This document shows positions 9,995 through 19,386 of a DNA stretch of 64,000 nucleotides, piece by piece. The stretch covers positions 32,001-96,000 of the forward strand of contig DAHWIF010000011.1 in NCBI GenBank assembly GCA_027345565.1, written 5' to 3'. The notes below the pieces were generated by a model that worked only from the letters and a program-made list of their open reading frames with translations, had not been told where the DNA came from and searched no databases. The DNA is from Candidatus Micrarchaeota archaeon. Its GTDB lineage: Archaea > Micrarchaeota > Micrarchaeia > Micrarchaeales > Micrarchaeaceae. A program made the position numbers and the translations under genes. Position 1 is the stretch's first letter. Every line of letters starts with the position of its first letter.

Positions 9995-10738
9995 ATGAGA
10001 TTAGATATAGACAGGTACATGCCGCATGCCCTCGTAGTGGCGTGCTTTGTCGCGATGGCCTTGGGTGCCGCAACGCTAAACCCATACGTGGTATCATTTG
10101 CAGCTGCAGTGTCACTGTCAGCGCTCATTGTTCATAAGATGTGGGGGATAATAGAGGCGAGGATCTTTGAGGGCACAAACCTTGTGCAGGTTTTCGGCGG
10201 TTTTGAGATCAGCGGCAACAGGTCGGCTATAATCTCGAGGGCGGCGAACCGCTACACAGCCACGTCGGCAGCCAGAGTGGTGTCGCTGGGTTCAACAACA
10301 ATAGACAGGGACAAAATAGAGAACATGATAGCGCACACGAACTTCCCGTTCAAGCTCGTCATGCACGTAGAGAGGGTAGGCGTGGCAAGGCTGCTCGAGC
10401 GCCTCCAGACAAAAAAGGGCATGAGGGAGATAGAGCTGTCGCGGATAGAGAGGCCGGGATCTGGGAGGGGGCTCGTAGCTGCTAACAGGCTGAAGAATGA
10501 GATATCGCTTCTGGAGCATGAGATAGAGGGGATAAAGAGCGGTGGCATGCCGCTGCGGCTCGCTTACTACATAATGACCAGCGCTGTTTCCGAAAGCAGG
10601 CATAGGGCAGAGGAGGAGGCGCTAATGCAGATAAGGGGCCTCTCGTCAGAATTCGATGCTGCGTTCGGGGCGAAGTCGTCTTTGCTATCTGGGGAGGAAA
10701 TGGTAAAGATGATGAGATTTGACTCGGCGGTGTCATGA
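9995..10738 (+). CDS. Membrane-anchored protein resembling VirB3 plus the VirB4 N-terminal region
   Basis: Two N-terminal TM helices, a coiled coil, and YYIMTSA-S..EEALMQIRGL..LLSGEEM; ATGA overlap with the ATPase. Confidence 0.45.
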   Translation: MRLDIDRYMPHALVVACFVAMALGAATLNPYVVSFAAAVSLSALIVHKMWGIIEARIFEGTNLVQVFGGFEISGNRSAIISRAANRYTATSAARVVSLGSTTIDRDKIENMIAHTNFPFKLVMHVERVGVARLLERLQTKKGMREIELSRIERPGSGRGLVAANRLKNEISLLEHEIEGIKSGGMPLRLAYYIMTSAVSESRHRAEEEALMQIRGLSSEFDAAFGAKSSLLSGEEMVKMMRFDSAVS

Positions 10739-11847
10739 TTATCAAAACAGACTCGAAGGCGGTTGCGCTGCAGTGCACGGTGATCAGCCAGTCGGAGCCT
10801 GAAGCCGACATGCAGTGCGATGGAGTGTACTTAGGAAAGACGCTGAAGTACAGGTTGCCCTTTTTCCTTGACAACACAAAGCTGGTAAACCCGCATGTAT
10901 CTGTAATCGGAATGACAGGGTCTGGGAAGACCTACCTGGTGAAGAGCCTGCTCGCAGGGCTTAACATATGGCGTGATTACAGCGTACTTATCATCGATTG
11001 GAATTCTGAATATACGGATGTGGTGGAGTTCCTAGGCGGGAGGGTATGGAAGGTTGCGTGCGTTGCGGACCTGCCGGCGATAGAACATTTGGTAGAAGGA
11101 GTGGAAAGCGTCGACCTCTCGGCCGCGCGCGGGGACACAGAGAAGGTGGAGATTGCCAAGAGCGTACTGTCCGCGGTGAGGAGGTTCGTTCTTTCCCTGA
11201 AGCCGGGCTATGATACGAAAAGGGTGCTTGTGGTTGACGAGGCCTGGAAGCTTGCTAACCTGGCGCAGGACCTTGGGAAGCTCTTCAGGGAGGGCAGGAA
11301 GTTCGGCCTTATGGTCGTAGCCGCGACGCAGCTTGTCGGTGACGTGAACAATGAGGTGCTGTCCAATGCTGCGTGCAGCTTCGTGTTCAGGTTGCAGGGA
11401 TCAGATAACTTGAACGGATTGGTGTCGTCTGGACTTTTGGGGCAGGACTACACATTAGCGGCGCAAACGCTCGACAGGGGCAGCTGCATCGTCTCTTTGA
11501 TATACAATAAGGGAAGCTCCCCGAAAAGGTTCATGATTGGGAGAGTGCACGGATTTGATTTCAGGACTTATGCTATATGTGGTGGTTCAATGACTGTGAA
11601 AGTAAGCGTGAGGAAGCTGAGTTCGGTTCTGGAGAGCATGGGATTTGGGAGTGACACCGCGATGCGCATAGAGAAATTCTTCGCAGAGAACTCCGGCGGA
11701 GTCGATATCGCGCAGCTCGTTGGCTTCCTGTTCGGCGCAGGGTTGGCGCGTGCGGATGTGTTTGCTTTCTTAAGGTCCTTAGGAGTGAGGGATCGCTCCA
11801 TAGCGATTGCCATAGAGTCTCTCAAGGGTGTTGCGCTTGAAAAGTGA
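10735..11847 (+). CDS. HerA/VirB4-family ATPase (DUF87 type)
   Basis: NPHVSVIGMTGSGKT (Walker A), IIDWNSEY, VLVVDEAW (Walker B), REGRKFGL..ATQ. Confidence 0.9.
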   Translation: MIIKTDSKAVALQCTVISQSEPEADMQCDGVYLGKTLKYRLPFFLDNTKLVNPHVSVIGMTGSGKTYLVKSLLAGLNIWRDYSVLIIDWNSEYTDVVEFLGGRVWKVACVADLPAIEHLVEGVESVDLSAARGDTEKVEIAKSVLSAVRRFVLSLKPGYDTKRVLVVDEAWKLANLAQDLGKLFREGRKFGLMVVAATQLVGDVNNEVLSNAACSFVFRLQGSDNLNGLVSSGLLGQDYTLAAQTLDRGSCIVSLIYNKGSSPKRFMIGRVHGFDFRTYAICGGSMTVKVSVRKLSSVLESMGFGSDTAMRIEKFFAENSGGVDIAQLVGFLFGAGLARADVFAFLRSLGVRDRSIAIAIESLKGVALEK

Positions 11848-12466
11848 TGGTCATTTCTGCTCTGCGTTCAACGTTGACGCCAGGCTAAAGTGCAGCATGC
11901 AGCAGCTCAGGGGCAGGATGGAGAACAATGCAGCGCTCAGGCTTCTGAGCCGCGGTACGCGCTTAAGGTACGAGGTTATCGGCGTACCAGAGAAACAGCT
12001 GCTGGAGCTGGGCCAAGACGGGATAAGGTTCATTTTTTACTTCTCGAAGCCCACCGATATGGTTTTCTCTGCGGGGCTTATGCGCCTGTTTGCCATCCTG
12101 GCCATGGTCGATGACCTTTACGATATAAGACTGGGCGCGGTGTACAGCTATGTTATAGATGCGCTTGCCAGGCATTATCCTGTATATGAATTGGACAGGA
12201 GGGATAGCGGAGATGTCAAACGCCTGTCAAAGGAGGTAGACGCGCTGACATTTGCGAATTCACGCCTATCACACGATATTTACAGCTTGGAAGAGGCGAA
12301 GAGGGAGCTCGCTGCGGAGCTGGGCGCTTGCAAGGAATTCTGCGCAAAGGTCATAGACACAATGTCGCGCAGGGACAAGGACGCACCGGACAGCATCGGC
12401 AGAGCGTTTGGGATAGGCACGGGGCTTGCAGAAAAGGTAAGTGCAATCGTTAGGGGTGGGAGATGA
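11828..12466 (+). CDS. Hypothetical protein with C-terminal coiled coil
   Basis: Overlaps the ATPase stop; heptad pattern in VKRLSKEVDALT..LEEAKRELAAEL. Confidence 0.7.
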   Translation: MLRLKSDGHFCSAFNVDARLKCSMQQLRGRMENNAALRLLSRGTRLRYEVIGVPEKQLLELGQDGIRFIFYFSKPTDMVFSAGLMRLFAILAMVDDLYDIRLGAVYSYVIDALARHYPVYELDRRDSGDVKRLSKEVDALTFANSRLSHDIYSLEEAKRELAAELGACKEFCAKVIDTMSRRDKDAPDSIGRAFGIGTGLAEKVSAIVRGGR

Positions 12467-13107
12467 TGCAGTATGCGTTTGGCCTATTTTACACTCTGGC
12501 TGGAGCCATTGCATGCCTTGCTTTGGTAGCCGTTTCAGACTGGGGATATTCGCGTGCCTCCATCTTCATCTATGAGGACGCGGACGTGGTGAAATTAGAA
12601 AGGTTCTCTCTGCGCGACCTTATGGAATCAATAAGGTTTGCAAGCACATGTCTTGATGGCTGCTCGGTGGTGAAGCACATGGCAGTGACAGAGGACGATG
12701 TAGCGCGTTCGTTGCATAATCGCTTTGCTTTTGCTGCAGGAGCCAAAAATCTTTCCAGGGACGAAATCCGCTATGCATTGAGGGTCGCAGAGGGGCTTGG
12801 GCTGATAGGGCTTGATGGGCGCTACATAGAGTGCGATGGTTTCGGGAGGCATTCTTCTCTCGCGAGGCACATGTATGAAGAATGGGTGCGCTCTGGTAGC
12901 GGGATTCCACCAGGCACAGCCGGAAAGCTGCTCAAGGAGAATAGGGTATTGATGCCTAATGGCTGGCTTGGGCATGGAGCTGGCGTGATGGCACTGGTAG
13001 GCGATGCAGATGAGCGCTTGGATTCTTTGCTGCGCACATTTTCGAAGGACAGAGCTGCATTACTGCTTGACCTTATAAACTGCAACATAATGGTGATAGT
13101 GTGCTAG
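12463..13107 (+). CDS. Hypothetical protein with N-terminal membrane anchor
   Basis: ATGA overlap with the upstream gene; hydrophobic first 25 aa. Confidence 0.65.
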   Translation: MMQYAFGLFYTLAGAIACLALVAVSDWGYSRASIFIYEDADVVKLERFSLRDLMESIRFASTCLDGCSVVKHMAVTEDDVARSLHNRFAFAAGAKNLSRDEIRYALRVAEGLGLIGLDGRYIECDGFGRHSSLARHMYEEWVRSGSGIPPGTAGKLLKENRVLMPNGWLGHGAGVMALVGDADERLDSLLRTFSKDRAALLLDLINCNIMVIVC

Positions 13108-13289
13108 GCGTGCTATCGTTTGCTGTAAGGATCGGAATCCTATGCGGTGTGGTGCTGCTTAATGCGGCTTGTATATCATGCTTGGTGCCATTTTTTGTAG
13201 GCTCTGGTGCACATAGGAGATTCGGCATCGCAGGGGCATCGCTTTTGGTTTTTTCGTTGACCGTCGGCATGGCGTTTAAGGTCGTCTAG
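13101..13289 (+). CDS. Small 2-TM membrane protein
   Basis: 62 aa with two hydrophobic helices; overlaps the upstream stop. Confidence 0.45.
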   Translation: MLGVLSFAVRIGILCGVVLLNAACISCLVPFFVGSGAHRRFGIAGASLLVFSLTVGMAFKVV

Positions 13290-13600
13290 ACCTCAACCAT
13301 TACATCGTCGCCGTCTATTTTCGTCCTGTAGGTCTTCACTTTGAAGCTTTGGTCCCAGGCATCAGGAGCCGCTTTGCCGGTAGTTATGTCGTAGGTCATG
13401 CCATGCCACGGGCACATTATAACATTGCCATTGAGGTCGCCATCAGAAAGCGGCCCGCCTTGGTGTGGGCAGTGATCCTGTATTGCATAAACCTTTCCGT
13501 CTATCTTGAAAAGGGCTATTTCCTGGTCGTTTACAGATACCATTCTACCCTTTCCGTCCTCAAGCTCGCTCACCTTGGCTACATTCACGAATCCGGCCAT
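13286..13600 (-). CDS. Rieske-type [2Fe-2S] ferredoxin
   Basis: CPHQG and CPWHG Rieske motifs. Confidence 0.93.
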   Translation of the reverse strand: MAGFVNVAKVSELEDGKGRMVSVNDQEIALFKIDGKVYAIQDHCPHQGGPLSDGDLNGNVIMCPWHGMTYDITTGKAAPDAWDQSFKVKTYRTKIDGDDVMVEV

Positions 13601-13632
13601 TTATCCACAATGAGATATGCTAGAGGTGCTTC

Positions 13633-14379
13633 TTAAAGTTTTGTGCTTGCATCTGGTAAAGGCGTTCCCATATTTCTTTCTACGATCCCCCTGAAGAATA
13701 TCAACGGCCTGCGGTCCTGTTGCACCGATGCCCGTAGCTCGTCATCTGTTAGCCGTATAAGGTTCCTGATGCTTCCATCATTTGGTGCGAGCGTGCTCTC
13801 GCTGACCAGCCTATGCACATCCATATTCATGCACATTAGGGTTGCATGCCTATGTGCATCGCTAAGGTACCTTATCGCGGTGTTTCTGTCGACTCTCTCT
13901 TCTGACAGCTCCATCTCTATAAGATGGCTGGCGGCTATTGCTGAGCCCCATCTTGGGTCTATTTTAGTCACCCCGTAATGGAGCATTAGGAATGCCGTAC
14001 TTAACGGGGCGAGCAGCACCTCGGTTATCCTCTGTGTTCCCCTTCCGCGGTTCGGGTATGACAGTTCAGTGAAGTGATTTACGTATGCAAATGCGTATGC
14101 GGCCAGCGCATACATGACAGCTGTTTGGGGCAGTGCCTCGATGGTCGACTGCAAACCTGCAGGCTCTGCAGAGCTGTTCATGTCCCGTATGCTAGATACG
14201 CTCTGCTCAACCCTCCTGTATATATGATGCATCTTTTTAGGGTGCTCGCGCAGCATTCCTGCAATGCTTGATGCGACGTTTTCCTGATTGGCTATCCTAT
14301 GATATGGAGCGCGTGGGGTGGTTGGCTCTAACACGATGTTATTATAGAGGTCTGTGAGATAAGCGCTTGCTGCAGCCAT
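13633..14379 (-). CDS. Hypothetical helical protein (orphan-like)
   Basis: 248-aa ORF filling the gap in a run of minus-strand genes; no motif recognised. Confidence 0.65.
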   Translation of the reverse strand: MAAASAYLTDLYNNIVLEPTTPRAPYHRIANQENVASSIAGMLREHPKKMHHIYRRVEQSVSSIRDMNSSAEPAGLQSTIEALPQTAVMYALAAYAFAYVNHFTELSYPNRGRGTQRITEVLLAPLSTAFLMLHYGVTKIDPRWGSAIAASHLIEMELSEERVDRNTAIRYLSDAHRHATLMCMNMDVHRLVSESTLAPNDGSIRNLIRLTDDELRASVQQDRRPLIFFRGIVERNMGTPLPDASTKL

Positions 14380-14410
14380 CTACCCGGATTTTGATAAATA
14401 ACGCAAGTAT

Positions 14411-15310
14411 TTAAGCCTTGTCCCGTTTACGGTTTTGCATGTGCCGTGACCAGAATCCGCTGTGCTTTATTATCGGCGTAAATACGGAGGTTATCGGCCT
14501 TTTGCGCACATTAAACAAAAAATTGTTTATCTCCGATATCTCTTCTTCGGTGAACCGCCACCCAGATGCCTCTGCATTCTCTATCGCGTGGTGGCGATCG
14601 CTAGCCTTGGGTATCGCAACAACCTGCTTTTTTGAAACCAGCCAGTTAAGAGCGACCTGAGCCGCGCTCTTGCCGTGATCCTCGCCTATCGATTCCAGCT
14701 TCGCCTTTAGCTGCTCATACTTCTTGCTGAAAATGGCGCCCCTCGCAAGCGGGCTATACGCCATGATGGTTATTTTTTCCCTTGTACAGAAGTCCATCAG
14801 CTCCTCCTCTATATCTCTGACCAGTATACTGTACTCGACCTGGTTGCACACTATCTCGCCGCTCTTCAGGGCGCCCTGTGCCTCCTTTAGCTCCTTGACA
14901 TCGAAGTTACTAACACCGATGTGGCGTATCTTTCCGTCTTTCTTGAGCTGCTCCATCGCACGCATCGTCTCGGCTATCGGGATGCTGTGGTTCGGCCAGT
15001 GCAGCTGGTACATATCTATTTGCTTTACGCCTAGCTTCCTGATGCTCGCGTTGCATGAGCGTATGACATCGTCATACCTGAAGTTATGTGGTGACACCTT
15101 TGTGGCGATGAATACGTTTTCCTGTCCTTTTATCGCCTCCCCCACCATTTCTTCGTTGCCGTACATCTCTGCGGTGTCGACGAGGCTGCTCCCGTGCTCT
15201 ATCGCTGCCCTTATGGCTTCGATGTCTGAAGCTCCGTTAAGCATCTTCCACGTTCCGATGCCTATTTCAGGTACCTTCTCATCGGTGGTGCCGAGTTGCT
15301 TGTACTCCAT
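14411..15310 (-). CDS. Aldo/keto reductase
   Basis: IGIGTW, DTAEMYG, ATK, LHWP, IGVSNF, AYSPL. Confidence 0.95.
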   Translation of the reverse strand: MEYKQLGTTDEKVPEIGIGTWKMLNGASDIEAIRAAIEHGSSLVDTAEMYGNEEMVGEAIKGQENVFIATKVSPHNFRYDDVIRSCNASIRKLGVKQIDMYQLHWPNHSIPIAETMRAMEQLKKDGKIRHIGVSNFDVKELKEAQGALKSGEIVCNQVEYSILVRDIEEELMDFCTREKITIMAYSPLARGAIFSKKYEQLKAKLESIGEDHGKSAAQVALNWLVSKKQVVAIPKASDRHHAIENAEASGWRFTEEEISEINNFLFNVRKRPITSVFTPIIKHSGFWSRHMQNRKRDKA

Positions 15311-15327
15311 ATCATGCCTCTATCGAC

Positions 15328-17025
15328 TTAGTGTGCGCGTGCCATTACCCTTCCATTTACGCCATGTTTGAGCGTTATGCCTCTAGAGGCCACTGAAAGC
15401 CTTAGAGAGCTGTTATAAGCTTGCTGCGCCCCTTGCGTGGGATATCTTCCGGTTATGCATCCTGTGCAGATCTCATCCCCAAGTCCGATCGCTTGGTGCA
15501 GCCCAGCTACAGTCTGGTAACATAGGCGGTCTGCGCCTATCAAGTTTCTTATCTGCTCGTTGTCCATATGCGTGGCAATCAGCTCCTTCCTTGTTCGCAT
15601 GTCTATGCCATAGGGGCAGTATCCTATTACTGGAGGCTCTGTGATCCATACCTCGACCCTTGCTGCGCCTGCCTTCCTGAGGAGGTTTAGTGGCACGTTT
15701 ATTGTTGTGCCCCTTACGATGCTGTCATCCACCAAAATCACGGACCTGCCCATCACTGCATCAGGAACTTCGTAAAACTTCAGGTCTACCGCCCTGTTTC
15801 GCTCTTCCTGCGTCGGCAACGTGAAAGTCCTGTGTATGAACACGTTTCTAGTCAATGCCGCAACAACGGGAATCCCCAGCTCATTGGCTATCCCGTCCGC
15901 TGCGCTCCTTGCACTTTCTGGTACAGGCACGACAATCCACTCCTTCTGGTTTTTCTTCATGGATTCTGATCCGTATTCTACCGCCATTTTCTGTCCGGCC
16001 GCAAACCTGATCGCGTACATGCTTTTGTGCCCCTCAGGGCCGTATGAGAGCGGCGCGGCGCTTGGTTTGTCAACCAGGCTTGACGGAAGGCTGAAGTATA
16101 TAAGTTCGAAATGGCAGTGCGCCGGCTTTTGCGCGTTTAATACCTTTTGAGTAAACCTTGCTTGCGATGCCCCATCCACAAATATCATTTCTCCGTTTGA
16201 TACCATCCTTGAGAATTCAAACCCTGCTGAATGGAATGCCACAGTCTCTGACGCGAACATTACGCCGTTGGTCAAGGTAGACAGCCCCATCGCCAGCGGA
16301 CGTATGCCGTGCGGATCCCTGAGAACTGCCAGCTCGCCTTGCCCTCTTGAGGTCAACACAGCAAGGGCATATCCGCCTTCGAACTGTTTGGTTACCTCCG
16401 CAAGCGCGTACTCGAGATCCTTGCCGCGTTTTAGGTGATTGGCTATGAATGCGCCAAGAATCTCAGTGTCAACCTTGCTGTGGAACTTATGACCCTCTTT
16501 CAACGAACCCCTGTGGGCTTCCGGATCTACAATCGTACCGTTAAAAGCTATTGCCATCTGCCAATCGTTGATATCAAACACCATAGGCTGCGCATCCCTC
16601 ACCCCCGGAGAGGCTGACGTCGTGTACCGCACGTGTCCTATGCCCATAGTGCCGGATAACCGCTCGAGAGGGCCTTTTTTCCTAGCACGCTCCTCCATTT
16701 CACTGAACTTTGTGACCAGCCCTTTGACCAGCTCTACGTTTATCTCGTGCCCACCATTATTATCGAAAGTTGCTATGCCTGCCGAATCCTGCCCTCTGTG
16801 CTGCAGCCTGAGCAGCGCCCTATAAATCTCGTATGAGGCGTGACCGTTCTCCGGAGGGAACATGTAGTATTCGAGCTGGTCGGCTGAGCGTTCCCTGCGC
16901 ATCCTGTTGGTGTAAAGCTCATCTCCGAATGCTACTCCTACGACACCGCAATGGTCCTTAGGGGTGTTTCCATCTTGCCGGTGGGTGTTTGCTCCCGCTC
17001 TCCGGTCTACAGAAATTCGTTTCAT
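15328..17025 (-). CDS. purF: Amidophosphoribosyltransferase (divergent, Fe-S type)
   Basis: HCGVVG (Ntn cysteine after a propeptide), LQHRGQDSAGI, GHVRY, RDPHGIRPL, VDDSIVRGTT, CPYGID, CTGC. Confidence 0.9.
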   Translation of the reverse strand: MKRISVDRRAGANTHRQDGNTPKDHCGVVGVAFGDELYTNRMRRERSADQLEYYMFPPENGHASYEIYRALLRLQHRGQDSAGIATFDNNGGHEINVELVKGLVTKFSEMEERARKKGPLERLSGTMGIGHVRYTTSASPGVRDAQPMVFDINDWQMAIAFNGTIVDPEAHRGSLKEGHKFHSKVDTEILGAFIANHLKRGKDLEYALAEVTKQFEGGYALAVLTSRGQGELAVLRDPHGIRPLAMGLSTLTNGVMFASETVAFHSAGFEFSRMVSNGEMIFVDGASQARFTQKVLNAQKPAHCHFELIYFSLPSSLVDKPSAAPLSYGPEGHKSMYAIRFAAGQKMAVEYGSESMKKNQKEWIVVPVPESARSAADGIANELGIPVVAALTRNVFIHRTFTLPTQEERNRAVDLKFYEVPDAVMGRSVILVDDSIVRGTTINVPLNLLRKAGAARVEVWITEPPVIGYCPYGIDMRTRKELIATHMDNEQIRNLIGADRLCYQTVAGLHQAIGLGDEICTGCITGRYPTQGAQQAYNSSLRLSVASRGITLKHGVNGRVMARAH

Positions 17026-17119
17026 TCGCTCCCCCTAACCAGAATGCAATGGCAAATCTCAATTCAGATATTTATAACTTGGCTTGATTCTTATTACATT
17101 GAATTCTGGTGCGCCTAAG

Positions 17120-18448
17120 ATGATACCTGTTATCGATTTCGATAGGTTTTTGATGGCCTTCTCGCTAGGCGTGCACATAATACTCGCTTCTGTCGGCATA
17201 GCGCTTCCGGCGATAATAGTCGTAGCGGAGATAATAGGCATCAGGAACGGGGATCGGCAGTATTCGGTCATGGCAAGGCGCCTTTCCATCGTGCTCGTTG
17301 TGCTCTTTGCCGTCGGTACAGCCTCTGGCACCCTGGTGGCGCTCGAGCTCTTCCTTCTGTGGCCTGGCTTTATGGTCCTCGTCGGCCAGGTGGCCATATT
17401 ACCACTCTATATAGAGGTCTTTGCGTTTTTCCTTGAAGCGATTTTCCTTGCAATATACATATACGGTTGGGACAAGTTCAGTAATAGGTATGCGCACGCA
17501 CTTGTAGGCGTAATTGTAGGGATAGGCGCAACAGCCTCCGGAGTCCTCATCACCATGCTCAACTCATTCATGAACACTCCAAATGGGTTCAATATAGCCA
17601 CTTATCTCAGCACCGGAGCGATCACAGATGTAAACCCGGTTGCCGTCCTATGGACACCGGCAACAGGGATAGAGGTCCTCCACGTCATAGCCACAACGTA
17701 CTTTGCAGGTACTTTCATATTCGTAGCCTATATGGCATTCAGACTGCTGAGGAGCGGCGGCATGGAGAAGGCCTATTACATGAAAGGGCTTAAGCTCACT
17801 TTTGCGATATTGGTTATAGCAACGTTCGCGTCAGTCTACACCGGGATACTGTCAATAAACCGCCTTGCCATCATACAGCCTGAGAAGTACGCTGCACTCG
17901 AGGCAAACCTGCAATCTATGCCAAATGCGCCAGAGGTAATATTCGGCTATTTATCGAACAACAGCGTAAAGGGTGCCATAGTGATATCAGGCCTGCAGAG
18001 CATGCTGCTCGGAAATGCCAACATAGTGGTACCCGGGTTGCTCCAGTATCCAAAGGATACGTGGCCGCCGTTTTTCGTGCATGACACCTTTGATATTATG
18101 GTTTTCCTAGGCTTCGGGTTCGCTGGGTTCATGCTCCTTGTGCTGCTTCTGGCCGTTCTAAAGAAAAGACCATTTGAACGTCGGCTAATATTGTGGCTGA
18201 CAACCGTTGCCGGTGTATTTGCGGTAATACTACTTGAACTTGGTTGGGCGACGGCGGAGATAGCCAGGCAACCGTGGATAATATACAATGTCATGCTAGT
18301 TAGTCAGGCTGCGAACTATTCACCATCGGTCATACCTATAGCGATCTTGTTCATAATCATATACGCAGTGATCATACCGGTGACTTTGCTGATACTTAGG
18401 CTTCTTTTTAGAAGCAGGCCGCTATCAAACGACTTGGTTGGAACATGA
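17120..18448 (+). CDS. cydA: Cytochrome bd quinol oxidase subunit I
   Basis: LGVHII, EVFAFFLE, LHV, Q-loop QPEKYAALE, DIMV, GWATAEIARQPW. Confidence 0.93.
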   Translation: MIPVIDFDRFLMAFSLGVHIILASVGIALPAIIVVAEIIGIRNGDRQYSVMARRLSIVLVVLFAVGTASGTLVALELFLLWPGFMVLVGQVAILPLYIEVFAFFLEAIFLAIYIYGWDKFSNRYAHALVGVIVGIGATASGVLITMLNSFMNTPNGFNIATYLSTGAITDVNPVAVLWTPATGIEVLHVIATTYFAGTFIFVAYMAFRLLRSGGMEKAYYMKGLKLTFAILVIATFASVYTGILSINRLAIIQPEKYAALEANLQSMPNAPEVIFGYLSNNSVKGAIVISGLQSMLLGNANIVVPGLLQYPKDTWPPFFVHDTFDIMVFLGFGFAGFMLLVLLLAVLKKRPFERRLILWLTTVAGVFAVILLELGWATAEIARQPWIIYNVMLVSQAANYSPSVIPIAILFIIIYAVIIPVTLLILRLLFRSRPLSNDLVGT

Positions 18449-19386
18449 ACGTAATTTATATGCTGAACTATGCTGTTTTCGCTGCCTTCTTTACTTTATT
18501 CGTTATTGAGATAGGCATCGCGGTCTCTTTCCTCATATCATATCGAGACAAGGATAGGCTGAAACGCTATCTAATGCCGATATGGGAGATAACGGGCACG
18601 TTTGCCGTATTCTATTTGGTCAACTTCGAGGCCTCCTTCCCCACTGCGATAAAGATAATCGGCAACGCCTATTTAGTGCCGTTGCTCATCGCTGCGATGT
18701 TCTTCATATTCAGGAACGCTTTCATAGCGTACAGCGAATACATAAGCAACGCGCCTTCAGAGCGCGCGTTCCTTAGAGTCTACAGCATGGCCACAATAAT
18801 AACTGCATTCCTCGTGGTAGCCGTGCTCGGATCAGGAGTAAGCGGTATTGGGATAAACGTACAGGCATTGTCTGCTAGCATATACGCTATGCTGCTTAAC
18901 CCGTTCGTGCTGCTTCTTTTTGTTTCGGTAGCACTAATCGGCATATTTGTGATATCAGTATTTTTCGACTTGGACCACCTTAAGAGGCTCGGATATGCAT
19001 CGGCGCCAATAGCAATTTTGCTTGTTTTTGCTGCGCTGTACTTTTATGGTAGGTACGCGCTGGCCAATGCAGCTGCATATTGGCCCCTTTTGGCATTAAC
19101 CATTGCCTTGCTTGCCGTAGTGATGTACCTTGGCATTAGGGCTAAGAGGGCCTCAAGATACGCGGCGGTTGCATGGCTATTCTGGGCCATCCTGTATTTC
19201 GGAACGATAACATACCCGTATTGGTTTGGCGGGACGGTAAATTCGCAGTCTTACCTAGTGAACGCAATTACTGGAGGATATACGGTTGCCATAACGATCA
19301 TGGGAGGGATATTCCTTGTAGGAGCGCTTACATACTTCATTTATATAGCATACTTGAAGAAGTCTAACGGATCGGTGGGATATTGA
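18445..19386 (+). CDS. cydB: Cytochrome bd subunit II
   Basis: PIWEITGTF motif, about 8-9 TM segments, ATGA overlap with cydA. Confidence 0.85.
   Translation: MNVIYMLNYAVFAAFFTLFVIEIGIAVSFLISYRDKDRLKRYLMPIWEITGTFAVFYLVNFEASFPTAIKIIGNAYLVPLLIAAMFFIFRNAFIAYSEYISNAPSERAFLRVYSMATIITAFLVVAVLGSGVSGIGINVQALSASIYAMLLNPFVLLLFVSVALIGIFVISVFFDLDHLKRLGYASAPIAILLVFAALYFYGRYALANAAAYWPLLALTIALLAVVMYLGIRAKRASRYAAVAWLFWAILYFGTITYPYWFGGTVNSQSYLVNAITGGYTVAITIMGGIFLVGALTYFIYIAYLKKSNGSVGY

Noticed and set aside
10735-11847. Repair helicase HerA
   Set aside because: No nurA/mre11/rad50 neighbours, too short, no HAS-barrel region, and it sits in a membrane-protein operon
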